32,000 nucleotides of DNA. Origin: Petroclostridium xylanilyticum. GTDB lineage: Bacteria > Bacillota > Clostridia > SK-Y3. The notes beneath the pieces were generated by a model, which saw only the letters and a program-made list of their open reading frames with translations, was not told where the DNA came from and ran no database searches. The position numbers and the translations under genes were made by a program. The stretch spans positions 271,907 through 303,906 of the forward strand of contig NZ_NPML01000018.1 of assembly GCF_002252565.1 (NCBI RefSeq), written 5' to 3'. This document shows, piece after piece, positions 15,836 to 25,071 of the stretch. The first letter of the stretch is position 1, and every line of letters begins with the position of its first letter.

Positions 15836-16842
15836 GCAGACCAAGGGTGTTTATTTCACACTGGATGCCGCAAATCGGTGTTGATATGATTAAAGAGTAT
15901 TGTGAAGTCGATTATTACGACGGGATAGAGCCTTTATCCAAAGAAGCCTTTATCGCTAGAGCCAAGAAGGCTGATGCGGTGCTCGCTTTCGTATGCGACA
16001 CCATTGATGAGGAAGTTCTGCAAAGCTGCCCGAACGTGCGGGTGATCAGCAGTTTCGGTAAAGGGTTCGATAATATTGATGTGGAAGCTTGTACCAGGCA
16101 CAATATACTGGTGACGATTAATCCCGATGCGCTGACGGAATCTACGGCGGATTTGGCGATCGGATTGCTCCTATCGGTTTCCCGCAATATTTTAGCCGGC
16201 GACCGTCATGTGCGCAACAGGGAATTTAAAGGTTGGCATGCGGTTCATTGTCTAGGCCGCGACTTTCATCATTCCAAGTTGGGGATCATCGGATTTGGTG
16301 CCATCGGCCGGGCGATCGCAAAGCGCGCCAAAGGCTTTGACGTTGAGATATCCTATTATGATGTTCGCAGATTTCCGGAAATGGAAGATCATCTGGGAGC
16401 GAGGTATATCGAATTGCCCGCACTGCTCAGCGAAAATGATTATGTGGTAGTGGCTGTCGATCTCCGGCCGGAAAACTATCATCTGATTGACCGGGAAGAG
16501 CTCGAATTGATGAAGAAGGATAGCTTTTTAATCAATATCAGCCGGGGATCGATCGTGAATGAGCAAGCCGTAGCGGAAGCTTTAGAGCAGGGCCGTTTGC
16601 GGGGATACGCTGCAGATGTTTTTGAGTTTGAAGATACGATTATCAAGAACCGTCCGTCGTATATTGCCGAAGCACTTTTAAGACAAGAACAGAAGACGGT
16701 ATTTACCCCTCACATTGGCACTGGCACCATTGAAGCAAGGGAAAGATTGGCTGTCTCCAGCGCCACTCAATTGCTGACTGCACTGCAAGGGAAAATTCCT
16801 TCCGGAGCAATAAATCAAATAAAACTCGACCCTATGATTTGA
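15832..16842 (+). CDS. ptxD: NAD-dependent phosphite dehydrogenase (D-2-hydroxyacid dehydrogenase superfamily)
   Basis: ATG 15832 overlaps the ptxC stop (ATGA). Rossmann motif GIIGFGAIG. GKGFDNIDVEACT, GYAADVFEFED and TVFTPHIGTG parallel my recollection of Pseudomonas stutzeri PtxD (LKGFDNFDVDACT, GYAADVFEMED, TLFTPHIGSA). Operon context with phnCDE-like genes. Confidence 0.75.
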   Translation: MSRPRVFISHWMPQIGVDMIKEYCEVDYYDGIEPLSKEAFIARAKKADAVLAFVCDTIDEEVLQSCPNVRVISSFGKGFDNIDVEACTRHNILVTINPDALTESTADLAIGLLLSVSRNILAGDRHVRNREFKGWHAVHCLGRDFHHSKLGIIGFGAIGRAIAKRAKGFDVEISYYDVRRFPEMEDHLGARYIELPALLSENDYVVVAVDLRPENYHLIDREELELMKKDSFLINISRGSIVNEQAVAEALEQGRLRGYAADVFEFEDTIIKNRPSYIAEALLRQEQKTVFTPHIGTGTIEARERLAVSSATQLLTALQGKIPSGAINQIKLDPMI

Positions 16843-16848
16843 TTATAT

Positions 16849-18734
16849 CTCACATTTCGCACCCTCTCGACAAAAATCGGGAGGATTTTTTTATCTTCCT
16901 GTCGAATAAAACCTTGGAATACAAGGAAAGCAAAGGAGTTTGCTCATCATGGACGTTCAAATTCGGGCCATTTATGAAAGTTCTTATTTGAATATAATAA
17001 GCGCCCTGTTCAAAGATCTTGACCTTCCTCAGTTGATTGATCGTCTCGTTCCCGTGGATCCGCAATGCCAAACTCGAGCCAGCGATATCGTCAAACTAAT
17101 CGTTCTGGATATCTTGAGCGGCCGGCAAGCGCTCGTTCATTTGGAACAATGGGCGCATGACATCGATTTGCCGAAGCTGATTCGGCCAGGACTGGAGCCG
17201 TCTTGGTTCAACGACGATGCCATCGCGCGTCATTTGGATCGCCTGTATGAGGCGAATATCCATCAAGTCCTTTCGTCTTGCCTCGTGCAGATCTACAAGA
17301 AAGAAGGCCTCTCTCTTCGCGTCTTCCACGCCGATACGACGGACAAGACCGTTTATGGCGCGTATGAATCGGCCTCGCCGGATGCCTTGCAGATTACGCA
17401 TGGCTACAACCGGCATCATCGTTGGCAAAAGCAGATCGGATTTGGGCTGATTGGCAACGAGGATGGCATCCCGTTTTATGGCGATGTACACGACGGCAAC
17501 CTGCCGGATAAGACGTGGAATCCCGAGGTGTTGTCCCGTGTGCAGAAACAGCTGAAGCAGGCGAAGATCGAAGATGAATGGATTTATGTTGCCGATTCTG
17601 CCGCCATGACGAAAGACACACTGGCGCAAACGAAGGCCGCCAACGCCTTTTTGATCACAAGAGGCCCTTCTTCGCTCCGGATCGTCAAAACCGCGCTGGC
17701 TAAAGCTGATGCCCAAGACACGCCGTGGAGCGATCCGTTCTCCTTAGCGGAGAAAAACGGAGCCACCTACCGGGTGTGGGAAACGACATCGACGTACGAA
17801 GGTCATTCGGTCCGGTTGATCGTCGTTGAATCCAGCGCGCTCGACCAACGAAAAGGAAAGACGCTCGAAAAAGAGCGAAACCAAGAAGCAGAGCTTCTTC
17901 GGCAGAAACAAACCCAGTGGGAAAGCCGTCTGTTTTCGTGCCGGGAAGACGCCGAACAAGCCCTAGCGTCTCTAAAGGCGTCCCTTCGTCTCCGGTTCCA
18001 TCGCGTCGAGGCGTCGGTCGAAGCGATCGTGCGTCCGAAAAAACGGCGCGGACGTCCGAAAAAAGGGGCGGAACCGGACATGGAAACGCTGTACGCCCTT
18101 CGCTTGAACGTGGAATTCGACCAAGATGCGTGGGAACAGGCGAGACGGAAAGCGTCCCGGTTTGTCCTTGTCACGACCGTTCCGGAGGAATGGAAAGGTC
18201 AACCGATGGATGCGAAAGAGATCTTGAAGTTGTATAAAGGCCAAATCTCGGTGGAAATGAACTTCTCTTTCTTGAAAGACCCGTTCTTTACGGATGAGAT
18301 TTACGTAAAAAAACCGGAACGGGTCGCGGTATTGGGCTATTTGTTTCTGTTGGCCTTGGCGATTTACCGCGTCTTCCAGCGCCGGGTGCGTCAGTTCATC
18401 ACCCCGGAACACCCATTAAAGGGCGCGGGAGGCCGGAAACTGACCCGACCGACCGGACAAGCGATTTTTCAATTGTTTTGGTATGTCAGAGTCGTCCTGT
18501 TGGAACTGCCGGATGGACGAATTCAACGCGCGTTAGGTCAACCGCTCACGTACGAGCAGCGAAGGATTCTGCAAGGATTAGGGATGGACGAGAGCATTTA
18601 CGTCTAATGGGATAAAGAACGACCAGCGATGGTAAAAAAAGGATACCATCGCTTTTGGTGTTGGTTTAAAAGTTATTCTAAAAAACTGAATAAAAAATCC
18701 TTTTGTTCCGCCCTACCAAGGTGCGAAATATGAG
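16849..18734 (+). mobile_element. IS1634-family insertion sequence (element 1)
   Basis: Terminal inverted repeats CTCACATTTCGCACC and CTCATATTTCGCACC match at 14 of 15 positions. 6-bp direct repeat TTATAT at 16843-16848 and 18735-18740. Confidence 0.8.
16949..18607 (+). CDS. IS1634-family (IS4-like DDE, DUF4277 N-terminus) transposase
   Basis: ATG 16949 lies 10 nt after AAAGGAG. 552-aa ORF whose length and layout are typical of IS1634-group transposases. Confidence 0.7.
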   Translation: MDVQIRAIYESSYLNIISALFKDLDLPQLIDRLVPVDPQCQTRASDIVKLIVLDILSGRQALVHLEQWAHDIDLPKLIRPGLEPSWFNDDAIARHLDRLYEANIHQVLSSCLVQIYKKEGLSLRVFHADTTDKTVYGAYESASPDALQITHGYNRHHRWQKQIGFGLIGNEDGIPFYGDVHDGNLPDKTWNPEVLSRVQKQLKQAKIEDEWIYVADSAAMTKDTLAQTKAANAFLITRGPSSLRIVKTALAKADAQDTPWSDPFSLAEKNGATYRVWETTSTYEGHSVRLIVVESSALDQRKGKTLEKERNQEAELLRQKQTQWESRLFSCREDAEQALASLKASLRLRFHRVEASVEAIVRPKKRRGRPKKGAEPDMETLYALRLNVEFDQDAWEQARRKASRFVLVTTVPEEWKGQPMDAKEILKLYKGQISVEMNFSFLKDPFFTDEIYVKKPERVAVLGYLFLLALAIYRVFQRRVRQFITPEHPLKGAGGRKLTRPTGQAIFQLFWYVRVVLLELPDGRIQRALGQPLTYEQRRILQGLGMDESIYV

Positions 18735-18748
18735 TTATATAATTGCGC

Positions 18749-18782
18749 AAAAGGTTGGACGTGTGATCATCCGGCCTTTTTT
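18749..18782 (+). terminator. Probable original ptx operon terminator, displaced by the IS insertion
   Basis: AAAAGGTTGG (loop of 12 nt) CCGGCCTTTTTT. The stem has two G-U pairs. Without the IS it would lie 8 nt after the ptxD stop region. Confidence 0.4.
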
Positions 18783-18860
18783 GGCTCCGCGAAAGTTCAT
18801 TGTTTAAATTATACAGCTTTTTTATAAGTTCCTTTAATAAAATGCTCTATTTTATTAATA

Positions 18861-19775
18861 TTACATTCCGCCGAATTTAACACGCACATATTCCATAAAG
18901 GTGTATGCGGCAAGGGATTGCGACATCGTTTTATCGAGGACCAAATAAAAATTTCGACGCAAATGGATTCCCTTGATCTTAAGAATTTGCAATGTCTTCA
19001 ATTGCAGTTCTTTACGAATTGCGAATCTCGACAAAATGGAGAAACCTATTCCCGATTCGACCGCGGCTTTCACCGATTCGGTGTTGCCCAATTCCAAAAC
19101 CACATTTAATTCTTCAGGATTCAAATCGATCTTCCTCAGGCTTTCGTTAATGACCTGGCGTGTTCCGGAACCAGGCTCTCTTAGGATGAGAGGCAGCGAA
19201 AATAAATCATGAGGTGTCAGCACCCCTTTACTAGCGAGCAGGGGGTGCTGATTTTGTGTGGAACTGATGACAACCAGCTCGTCCTCAAGAAAAGGGTAAC
19301 TTTCAATTTCCGGGTTAGATACCGGAGCTTCCACGAAACCGATATGAATCTCCTGCTTCAATAATTGCTCCACGATATGGAGGGAATTGCCGATTTTCAT
19401 CCGCAGGTTAACCTTGGGATAGTCGAGCTTAAATATTCCCAGCACATACGGAAGAATATGTTCTCCGATCGTTGTGCTGGCCCCTATAAATAAATCGCCA
19501 TGAATGGAATTTGAAAGTACTGTCAGTTCCTTTTCCGCGTCATGAACGAGTTGAAAGATTCTCTCCGCGTATCTCAGCAGAACTTTTCCATAATCGGTCA
19601 ATTTGATTGTTCTTGTCGTCCTTTCAAATAACTTGACTTTCAAGGCTTCCTCCAGCTGCTGGATTTGCAAACTGACCGAGGGCTGGGAAAGATGAAGTAT
19701 TTTTGCAGTTTCTGAAAAATTCCGTTTGGTTGCTGCGATATAAAACACGCGCAAATGATCCAGATTCATTGTCAT
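18861..19775 (-). CDS. LysR-family transcriptional regulator, possibly PtxE-like
   Basis: N-terminal HTH (LRVFYIAATKRNFSETAKILHLSQPSVSLQIQQLE) and a LysR substrate-binding domain. It sits next to the ptx genes, convergent with them. Confidence 0.8.
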   Translation of the reverse strand: MTMNLDHLRVFYIAATKRNFSETAKILHLSQPSVSLQIQQLEEALKVKLFERTTRTIKLTDYGKVLLRYAERIFQLVHDAEKELTVLSNSIHGDLFIGASTTIGEHILPYVLGIFKLDYPKVNLRMKIGNSLHIVEQLLKQEIHIGFVEAPVSNPEIESYPFLEDELVVISSTQNQHPLLASKGVLTPHDLFSLPLILREPGSGTRQVINESLRKIDLNPEELNVVLELGNTESVKAAVESGIGFSILSRFAIRKELQLKTLQILKIKGIHLRRNFYLVLDKTMSQSLAAYTFMEYVRVKFGGM

Positions 19776-19972
19776 TACTCCTGTCCTTCTTTTTACCTAT
19801 CCAAAGTATAGTCCTTAAGTGTTAAAGCTGGATAAAATAAGAAAATTCATTTAACCCCTGAATCCGTGATAGTTCTTCTGTGAAAAAGAAGAAAAAGAAA
19901 GGAAATCGCATCTCCGATGGTGAATTTTAAAGGAACCATGAATGATCCACTTTCACCTGCGAGGTGCTACAT

Positions 19973-20080
19973 ATGAGAATCCAATTCACCCAATCTAAGG
20001 AAATTCTGTTGACTACGCATGCTGGCCTGGCCACCGTCGGCGCCTTGCTTTCCCATACCCGATTGCCGCAGCGTCTCAAT
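19973..20080 (+). pseudogene. IS1380-family transposase, N-terminal 36 codons, cut off by the IS1634 insertion
   Basis: MRIQFTQSKEILLTTHAGLATVGALLSHTRLPQRLN continues in frame at 22010 (RSTVKGMENPIHSHGDV...) once 20081-22009 is removed. Confidence 0.65.
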
Positions 20081-22004
20081 CCCGAGTTCGACAGTTGCTA
20101 GGTAAATGAAATGCCCGTCATCCCTTGAGTAGACTGGATTTTCGGGCATTCATACGCAAAATGGCGTGTATCTATGCTCCAGGGTGGATTTCGAGGAACC
20201 TTGGAGGAGCTTCAATCCCAAGCGTATCAAAGGTTTTCCGTTGTTTGGCCGTCAGTTCCGTAGTCTGGTAGACGTCTCCGTTTTTCGAAGAAAAATGTCC
20301 GAGACCGATGCGATCCAGTTCCTTTCGCACGGCTGCCCAGGTCTCGCCGGTTTCCACTTCGACGATGCGCACGAGCAACAGGGCCAGCCAACAAAGCAGG
20401 ATATGCGCCCGAATGCGTTCTTCCAGGCGATGAAACATCGGGCGAAGTTCCAGGGTCGTCTTCAATGTACGGAACGCATCTTCCACATCAATGAGTTGCT
20501 TGTAGCCAAGCGCCACGTCTTCTGCGGATAACGTGTCATCCGAAGTCCGGATCAAATACTTGCCGTCATACTTTTCGGCCTCGCGTATCGCTTGCTTATC
20601 CAGCTTCAGCGTTCCATCCTTGAGCTGGCGCAAATATTTGCCGTAGGTCGGATGGGAACGCAGCTTACACGCCGCCTTCGTATGGGCGTGACCGCCCAAC
20701 GGCTTCAGTTCGTCCAACTCCGCTTGCAGGCGCTCGATCATCTGTTCACGGCGAAGACGATCCCGTTCGGCTTCTTTGGGGTTGTACACCAAGACATAGC
20801 GCTTGCGCGCTTCGCCGTCGCCGATGACGATGTCTTTGACCTGCAGGTTTTCTCGCACTTGGTGGTATCGCCCTTTCCGGCTCATCGCGGCCTCCGTCGT
20901 TTCTTTGCCGGATCGCATTTTTTCCCCGACGATATAATGGCCGCCTGTACGCTGCAACGTGCGCAAATTGTCTTCGGAGGAGAACCCTCGATCCATGACC
21001 GTAATGACTCTGCCCAGTTTCCATCCGACCAGGTCGCGTTTCACCTGCTCGACGACGGACATATCCGATGTATTCCCCGGCCATACCCATGAACGGATCG
21101 GAATGCCTTGACGAGTGACCGCCAGTCCAATGACCACCTGAACCAGATCCGGGCGTTTGTCCTTCGAAAATCCCTGCTTGCGCAAGGAGTCGTCTTCCGG
21201 CACATCGAACGGATCGACTTCGAAGTAGGTGGAGGTGGTGTCGAAGTAGAGCAAATCGACCTCCAGATTCAGTAAATCCGAGACGGAGCAATATACCTGA
21301 ACCTCCAGCTCCGATTGAACCTCCAGCAGGTCGTCCATCGCCCGGTACAGTTGCTGGCTGTTCACTTCCCTTACGCCCGGCAGGTACACATCGTCCCTTA
21401 CCCAATCTTCCATCGCCAGCTTGCTGGAAGGGTTCAGCGCGCGATTGGCCACCATGGCGAAGATCAGGCGTTCGATGGACGTTTGATGTTTGCGATCCGC
21501 GAACAGTTTTTCAAGGATGGCATCCAGGCCGATCTTGTGCCACAGTTGATGAAGCAGCCAGGCTCCACCCAAGCGTTTGCAGGACTGAAAGAGGAACTCC
21601 GCCGTCTGGCCGATCGCATGTTGCGCCTTCAGCGCCGCTTCCGGCGTCAGGTAACGAGAAATGCTTTGCACCAGGCGCTCCAGGACGGAGCGATCAACTT
21701 CATCTTCCCGGCCGAACGAGTAGATGACCTTGGCTTTGGCGTGTTTGGCGACGGGATCCCATACATTGTGCGCCAGCTGGAGGTAGGCGGTCGTGGATCC
21801 ATTTTTATTTTTACGAGAGACGCGACGAATATACATGCCTATATATTACCACAAATAACCCATATTTTACAAGAGTAAAAATACGAAAGCGTGTGCCTAT
21901 GGAAAAATGAGATTTTTTCTAGCTCCGCTCACAGAAAACCTTGCTGTTATGGGATTCTTGATTTTCTATATGCCCAAAAATGCCGATTTACTGTCGAACT
22001 CGGG
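20081..22004 (-). mobile_element. IS1634-family insertion sequence (element 2), nested in the IS1380 remnant
   Basis: Perfect 15-bp terminal inverted repeats, CCCGAGTTCGACAGT at 20081-20095 and its complement at 21990-22004. 5-bp direct repeat TCAAT at 20076-20080 and 22005-22009. Confidence 0.85.
20172..21836 (-). CDS. IS1634-family transposase
   Basis: 554-aa ORF starting MYIRRVSRKNKNGSTTAYLQLAHNVWD, the characteristic IS1634-family N-terminus. Confidence 0.8.
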   Translation of the reverse strand: MYIRRVSRKNKNGSTTAYLQLAHNVWDPVAKHAKAKVIYSFGREDEVDRSVLERLVQSISRYLTPEAALKAQHAIGQTAEFLFQSCKRLGGAWLLHQLWHKIGLDAILEKLFADRKHQTSIERLIFAMVANRALNPSSKLAMEDWVRDDVYLPGVREVNSQQLYRAMDDLLEVQSELEVQVYCSVSDLLNLEVDLLYFDTTSTYFEVDPFDVPEDDSLRKQGFSKDKRPDLVQVVIGLAVTRQGIPIRSWVWPGNTSDMSVVEQVKRDLVGWKLGRVITVMDRGFSSEDNLRTLQRTGGHYIVGEKMRSGKETTEAAMSRKGRYHQVRENLQVKDIVIGDGEARKRYVLVYNPKEAERDRLRREQMIERLQAELDELKPLGGHAHTKAACKLRSHPTYGKYLRQLKDGTLKLDKQAIREAEKYDGKYLIRTSDDTLSAEDVALGYKQLIDVEDAFRTLKTTLELRPMFHRLEERIRAHILLCWLALLLVRIVEVETGETWAAVRKELDRIGLGHFSSKNGDVYQTTELTAKQRKTFDTLGIEAPPRFLEIHPGA

Positions 22005-22009
22005 TCAAT

Positions 22010-22796
22010 CGCTCCACCGTGAAAGGAATGGAGAACCCGATTCACAGTCATGGCGATGTCATGACCAGCTATCTTGGCTTGCTTTGCCAAGGCAAAAGCG
22101 ACTTCGACCACATCGAACCTTTCCGAAAAGATCCCGTATTCCAAACCTGCCTCGGTGTCCGCAAGGTGCCGTCAAGCCCGACGCTCCGTCAGCGTCTGGA
22201 TGCCGCAGCTCAAACGATGAATGCCAACTGGAACGAGATCCTGCTTCAAGAATCCGCCGATCTGATTCGAAACGTAAAAGCACCTGTAACCGGACTGACA
22301 GCAGGCGAGCATACGGTGATTCCGCTGGATATCGATGTCTCTCCGTTCGATAACTCCGGTACGAAAAAAGAGGGTGTTTCGTTGACCTACAAAGGCACGT
22401 TCGGCTACGCCCCCATTTTCGCCTACCTCGGACAGGAGGGGTATAGCGTGAATGTGCAGCTTCGGGAAGGCAGCACGCACAGTCAGAAGGATGGCGCTGA
22501 TTTTCTGCGCGAAAGCATCCAGTATGCCCGGCGCATCACGAAAGAGCGCCTTCTCGTGCGGATGGATTCCGCTCACGACAGTCTGGAAAATCTGCAGGTG
22601 TGTCATGCTGAGCCAGAGGTCGATTATATCATCAAGGTCAATCTGCGCAATACATCCAAGGAAAGTTGGCTACGGATCGCCGAAGACAAGGGCATGGCCT
22701 GTGAGCAGCGCCCCGGCAAGACGGAATACATGGGCGTGATCGCCTTTCCCGAAAAAGGCTTCGATCAAGCCCTTCGTCAAGTGTTTCAAGTGATCG
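22010..22796 (+). pseudogene. IS1380-family transposase, central part, 3'-truncated by ISLre2 copy 2
   Basis: GLLCQGKSDFDHIEPFRKDPVFQTCLGVRKVPSSPTLRQRLD is an IS1380-type block. The ORF runs straight into the IS end at 22797. Confidence 0.65.
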
Positions 22797-24503
22797 GTGT
22801 GAGTAAAATATTTGTGGGTGACATTCAGGAATGATTCCCCGACGAGGGTTGCGAACTTTTGTTCGCGACGCTCGTCGGGGCCACCAAGCGAAGCGCGGTA
22901 GAAAAAAGCAAATGTCATGCAAAAAGGACTCTCTCCCTGCTATGATGGTGATGACCAACATCCATAAAACAGGAGGGAGAGAGTCCATGAAACATCTTAC
23001 CACAGAATGGCCTTTATTAAAAGAGCTGGAGGAACAATTAGTCAGAACTCTTCAAAAGGTGTTCGCTGTCTTGTTGGCGGCCCTTTTGGAGGAGATTGAT
23101 CAACAACTGGCGGAAGCGCGGGACAAGCGCCGGTATCAGCTGAAAGACAAACGGCCGACCACGATCCAAACGCTGTTTGGAGAAGTGACGTTTCGACGGA
23201 ACTACTACTATGATCGGCAGGCGGGGGCGTATACCTTCTTGCTGGATGCCGAACTGGGCTTTGATGGAGCGCAGTCGATCAGCCCTTGCCTCGAGGAAAC
23301 GGCGGTCGAGTTGGCCGTAGAGTGCTCTTCCTACCGCAAAGCGGCCCGTACGTTGGAGTCGATCGTGGGGTATGCGGTCATGAGCCACGAGGCGATTCGC
23401 CAACTGGTGCTGGAGGCCCCTGTCTCGCTGCACCACCCTGTTTCCAAACGGCACGGCCGAGTGCTGTTTGTGGAGGCGGATGGGCTGTTCATTTCCCGCC
23501 AGGGGAAAGGGAAACGGGCGAAAGAAGAGAAAATCCTGGCGGTTCACGAGGGATGGAAACGAAACGGTTCGCAGCTCAAGCTCGTGAACCGGCGCCACTA
23601 CCTCCATGAAGGGGTGGGAGACGTGTGGGAACGGTTTGAAGAGTGGCTGATGAACGAATATGCCTATGACCCGTGCCGGGACCTTTTGATCATCAACGGC
23701 GACGCGGCGTCGTGGATCACAGCCTGCCGGGAGTATTTTGGAAAGCGAGCCTGCTTTCAGCTGGATCGATTTCATGTGGCGCGGGAGCTGCGCCAATGCC
23801 TCTCCGGCCATCCGCGTTGGCGGGAGGTGCGGAAGAAGCTGGCGAAACAAGACGAAGAGGGGCTTCTGGTGGAGCTGAACAGCGCGGTCGGCACGTTGGG
23901 GGACGAAGGCAAAGAACAACAGCTGGCCGCCTTGATTCGCCGGATCGAGTCGATGCCGGGATGCATCCGGGACTATCGGGAGTGGCTGTCGGAGCAAGGG
24001 GTGGAGACGACCGGCATGCGTCCGATGGGCCACGCCGAGAGCGTGATGAGCCGGTTTGCGCATCGGGTGAAATCCCGCCGCAGCTGGAAAGACCAAGGGC
24101 TTCGGGCGTTTCTGAGGGCGATGGCAGCCCGAATCGACGGGATCGGGTGGAGAAAGGGACGGTGGGAGGAGCAAGAGCCCCAGTCGGCCGTCTCGGCCTC
24201 AACAAAGTCCAAGCGGATCGAACAGGCCAAACGGAAGGCCGGACGGTTATGGGCAGATGTGGTGCGTCAGAATCTACCGTGTCTGCAGCGGTCATCCGGG
24301 ACGCCGATCCATCAAGCGTTGTCGGCGCTCCGGGATGGTGGTTGGGTGTAAAAAAATGGAATATCGTATCATCGCCTCAAGATGAGGGATGAGAGTCCGA
24401 AAGCGCTTACGATATTAATTCCTGAAAATGGTTCGCTAACTAGTGATTGACAACGCCCGTAGTGAACCGAAAAAATGTTCTCCACAAAGTCTTGACTGAC
24501 TCG
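22797..24503 (+). mobile_element. ISLre2-family insertion sequence, copy 2 (identical to 9617-11323)
   Basis: Constant offset of 13180 bp to copy 1. All six-frame ORFs translate identically in both copies. Confidence 0.8.
22987..24351 (+). CDS. ISLre2-family (UPF0236) transposase
   Basis: Identical to the 9807-11171 product. Confidence 0.75.
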   Translation: MKHLTTEWPLLKELEEQLVRTLQKVFAVLLAALLEEIDQQLAEARDKRRYQLKDKRPTTIQTLFGEVTFRRNYYYDRQAGAYTFLLDAELGFDGAQSISPCLEETAVELAVECSSYRKAARTLESIVGYAVMSHEAIRQLVLEAPVSLHHPVSKRHGRVLFVEADGLFISRQGKGKRAKEEKILAVHEGWKRNGSQLKLVNRRHYLHEGVGDVWERFEEWLMNEYAYDPCRDLLIINGDAASWITACREYFGKRACFQLDRFHVARELRQCLSGHPRWREVRKKLAKQDEEGLLVELNSAVGTLGDEGKEQQLAALIRRIESMPGCIRDYREWLSEQGVETTGMRPMGHAESVMSRFAHRVKSRRSWKDQGLRAFLRAMAARIDGIGWRKGRWEEQEPQSAVSASTKSKRIEQAKRKAGRLWADVVRQNLPCLQRSSGTPIHQALSALRDGGWV

Positions 24504-24736
24504 TAATTCATCCCCCATATGGGCTTTTGATTTTCAAATACCACTTCTTCACCAATAAAATCAGCACTCCCGAAGTAAGAGTCTATGTACAGTAAATCCC
24601 CTTCACCATAATGTAAATCCTTTGAGTTCGGTCTTGAAGATGCAGAAAGAACTCCGTCCCTGGCATATGTATTCCTTTTTGCTCTGACCAGAAATCCTTT
24701 CAAAGCCAATTCTGTGCAGTTCATTGCCTTCGTCAC
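24504..24736 (-). pseudogene. DUF5680-like gene, N-terminal half
   Basis: (M)TKAMNCTELALKGFLVRAKRNTYA...KPIWGMNY ends at the TAATTCAT duplication and continues at 9616. Confidence 0.8.
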
Positions 24737-24751
24737 CCTTCCTGTTTATTC

Positions 24752-25012
24752 TCACTCTTTCTTTATTCTTTTTTTAATCATTGAAATAGTAATCAATGCT
24801 GTCCCAATTATAAGCAGGCTTAAGTACATAAACAACTGAAATGGTCCACTGCCAAAATGACTGAATGGATATGGTCCATTTATAATCCAAATATATCTTT
24901 CATAATTGCCATGAATAAAATAATATAAAATTATCGGACTAATTGTAAAGATAAATTCTAAGCCCAGCAAAAAATCAGATATATATTTTATTGACGAGTA
25001 TTTCCCCATCAT
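24752..25012 (-). CDS. Small membrane protein, about 86 aa
   Basis: ATGATG at 25012/25009 lies 5 nt after AGGGGG. Two or three hydrophobic segments. The stop is 15 nt upstream of the DUF5680 start. Confidence 0.55.
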   Translation of the reverse strand: MMGKYSSIKYISDFLLGLEFIFTISPIILYYFIHGNYERYIWIINGPYPFSHFGSGPFQLFMYLSLLIIGTALITISMIKKRIKKE

Positions 25013-25071
25013 CCTGCCCCCTTGCACCATAAACACATAAAATAAACATTACATAACATTAAAGAATGACT

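Larger units (their letters stand above)
9617..24503. mobile_element. Composite transposon bounded by two directly oriented, identical ISLre2-family elements. Cargo is a ptx operon plus nested IS debris.
   Basis: Identical 1707-bp ends. 8-bp direct repeat TAATTCAT at 9609-9616 and 24504-24511. The interrupted ORF is restored on in-silico excision. Base composition jumps sharply at both junctions. Confidence 0.85.

Noticed and set aside
21907-22353. ORFs 21907..22353 (+) and the Met at 21980 as real gene starts.
   Set aside because: They begin inside the right end of the IS1634 element. The genuine reading frame is the interrupted IS1380 transposase, which resumes at 22010.
9617-24503. The abrupt compositional switch as an assembly chimera between two organisms.
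   Set aside because: The 8-bp TAATTCAT duplication and the exact in-frame restoration of the split ORF are signatures of real transposition. A mis-join would not create them. Read-level confirmation is still advisable.
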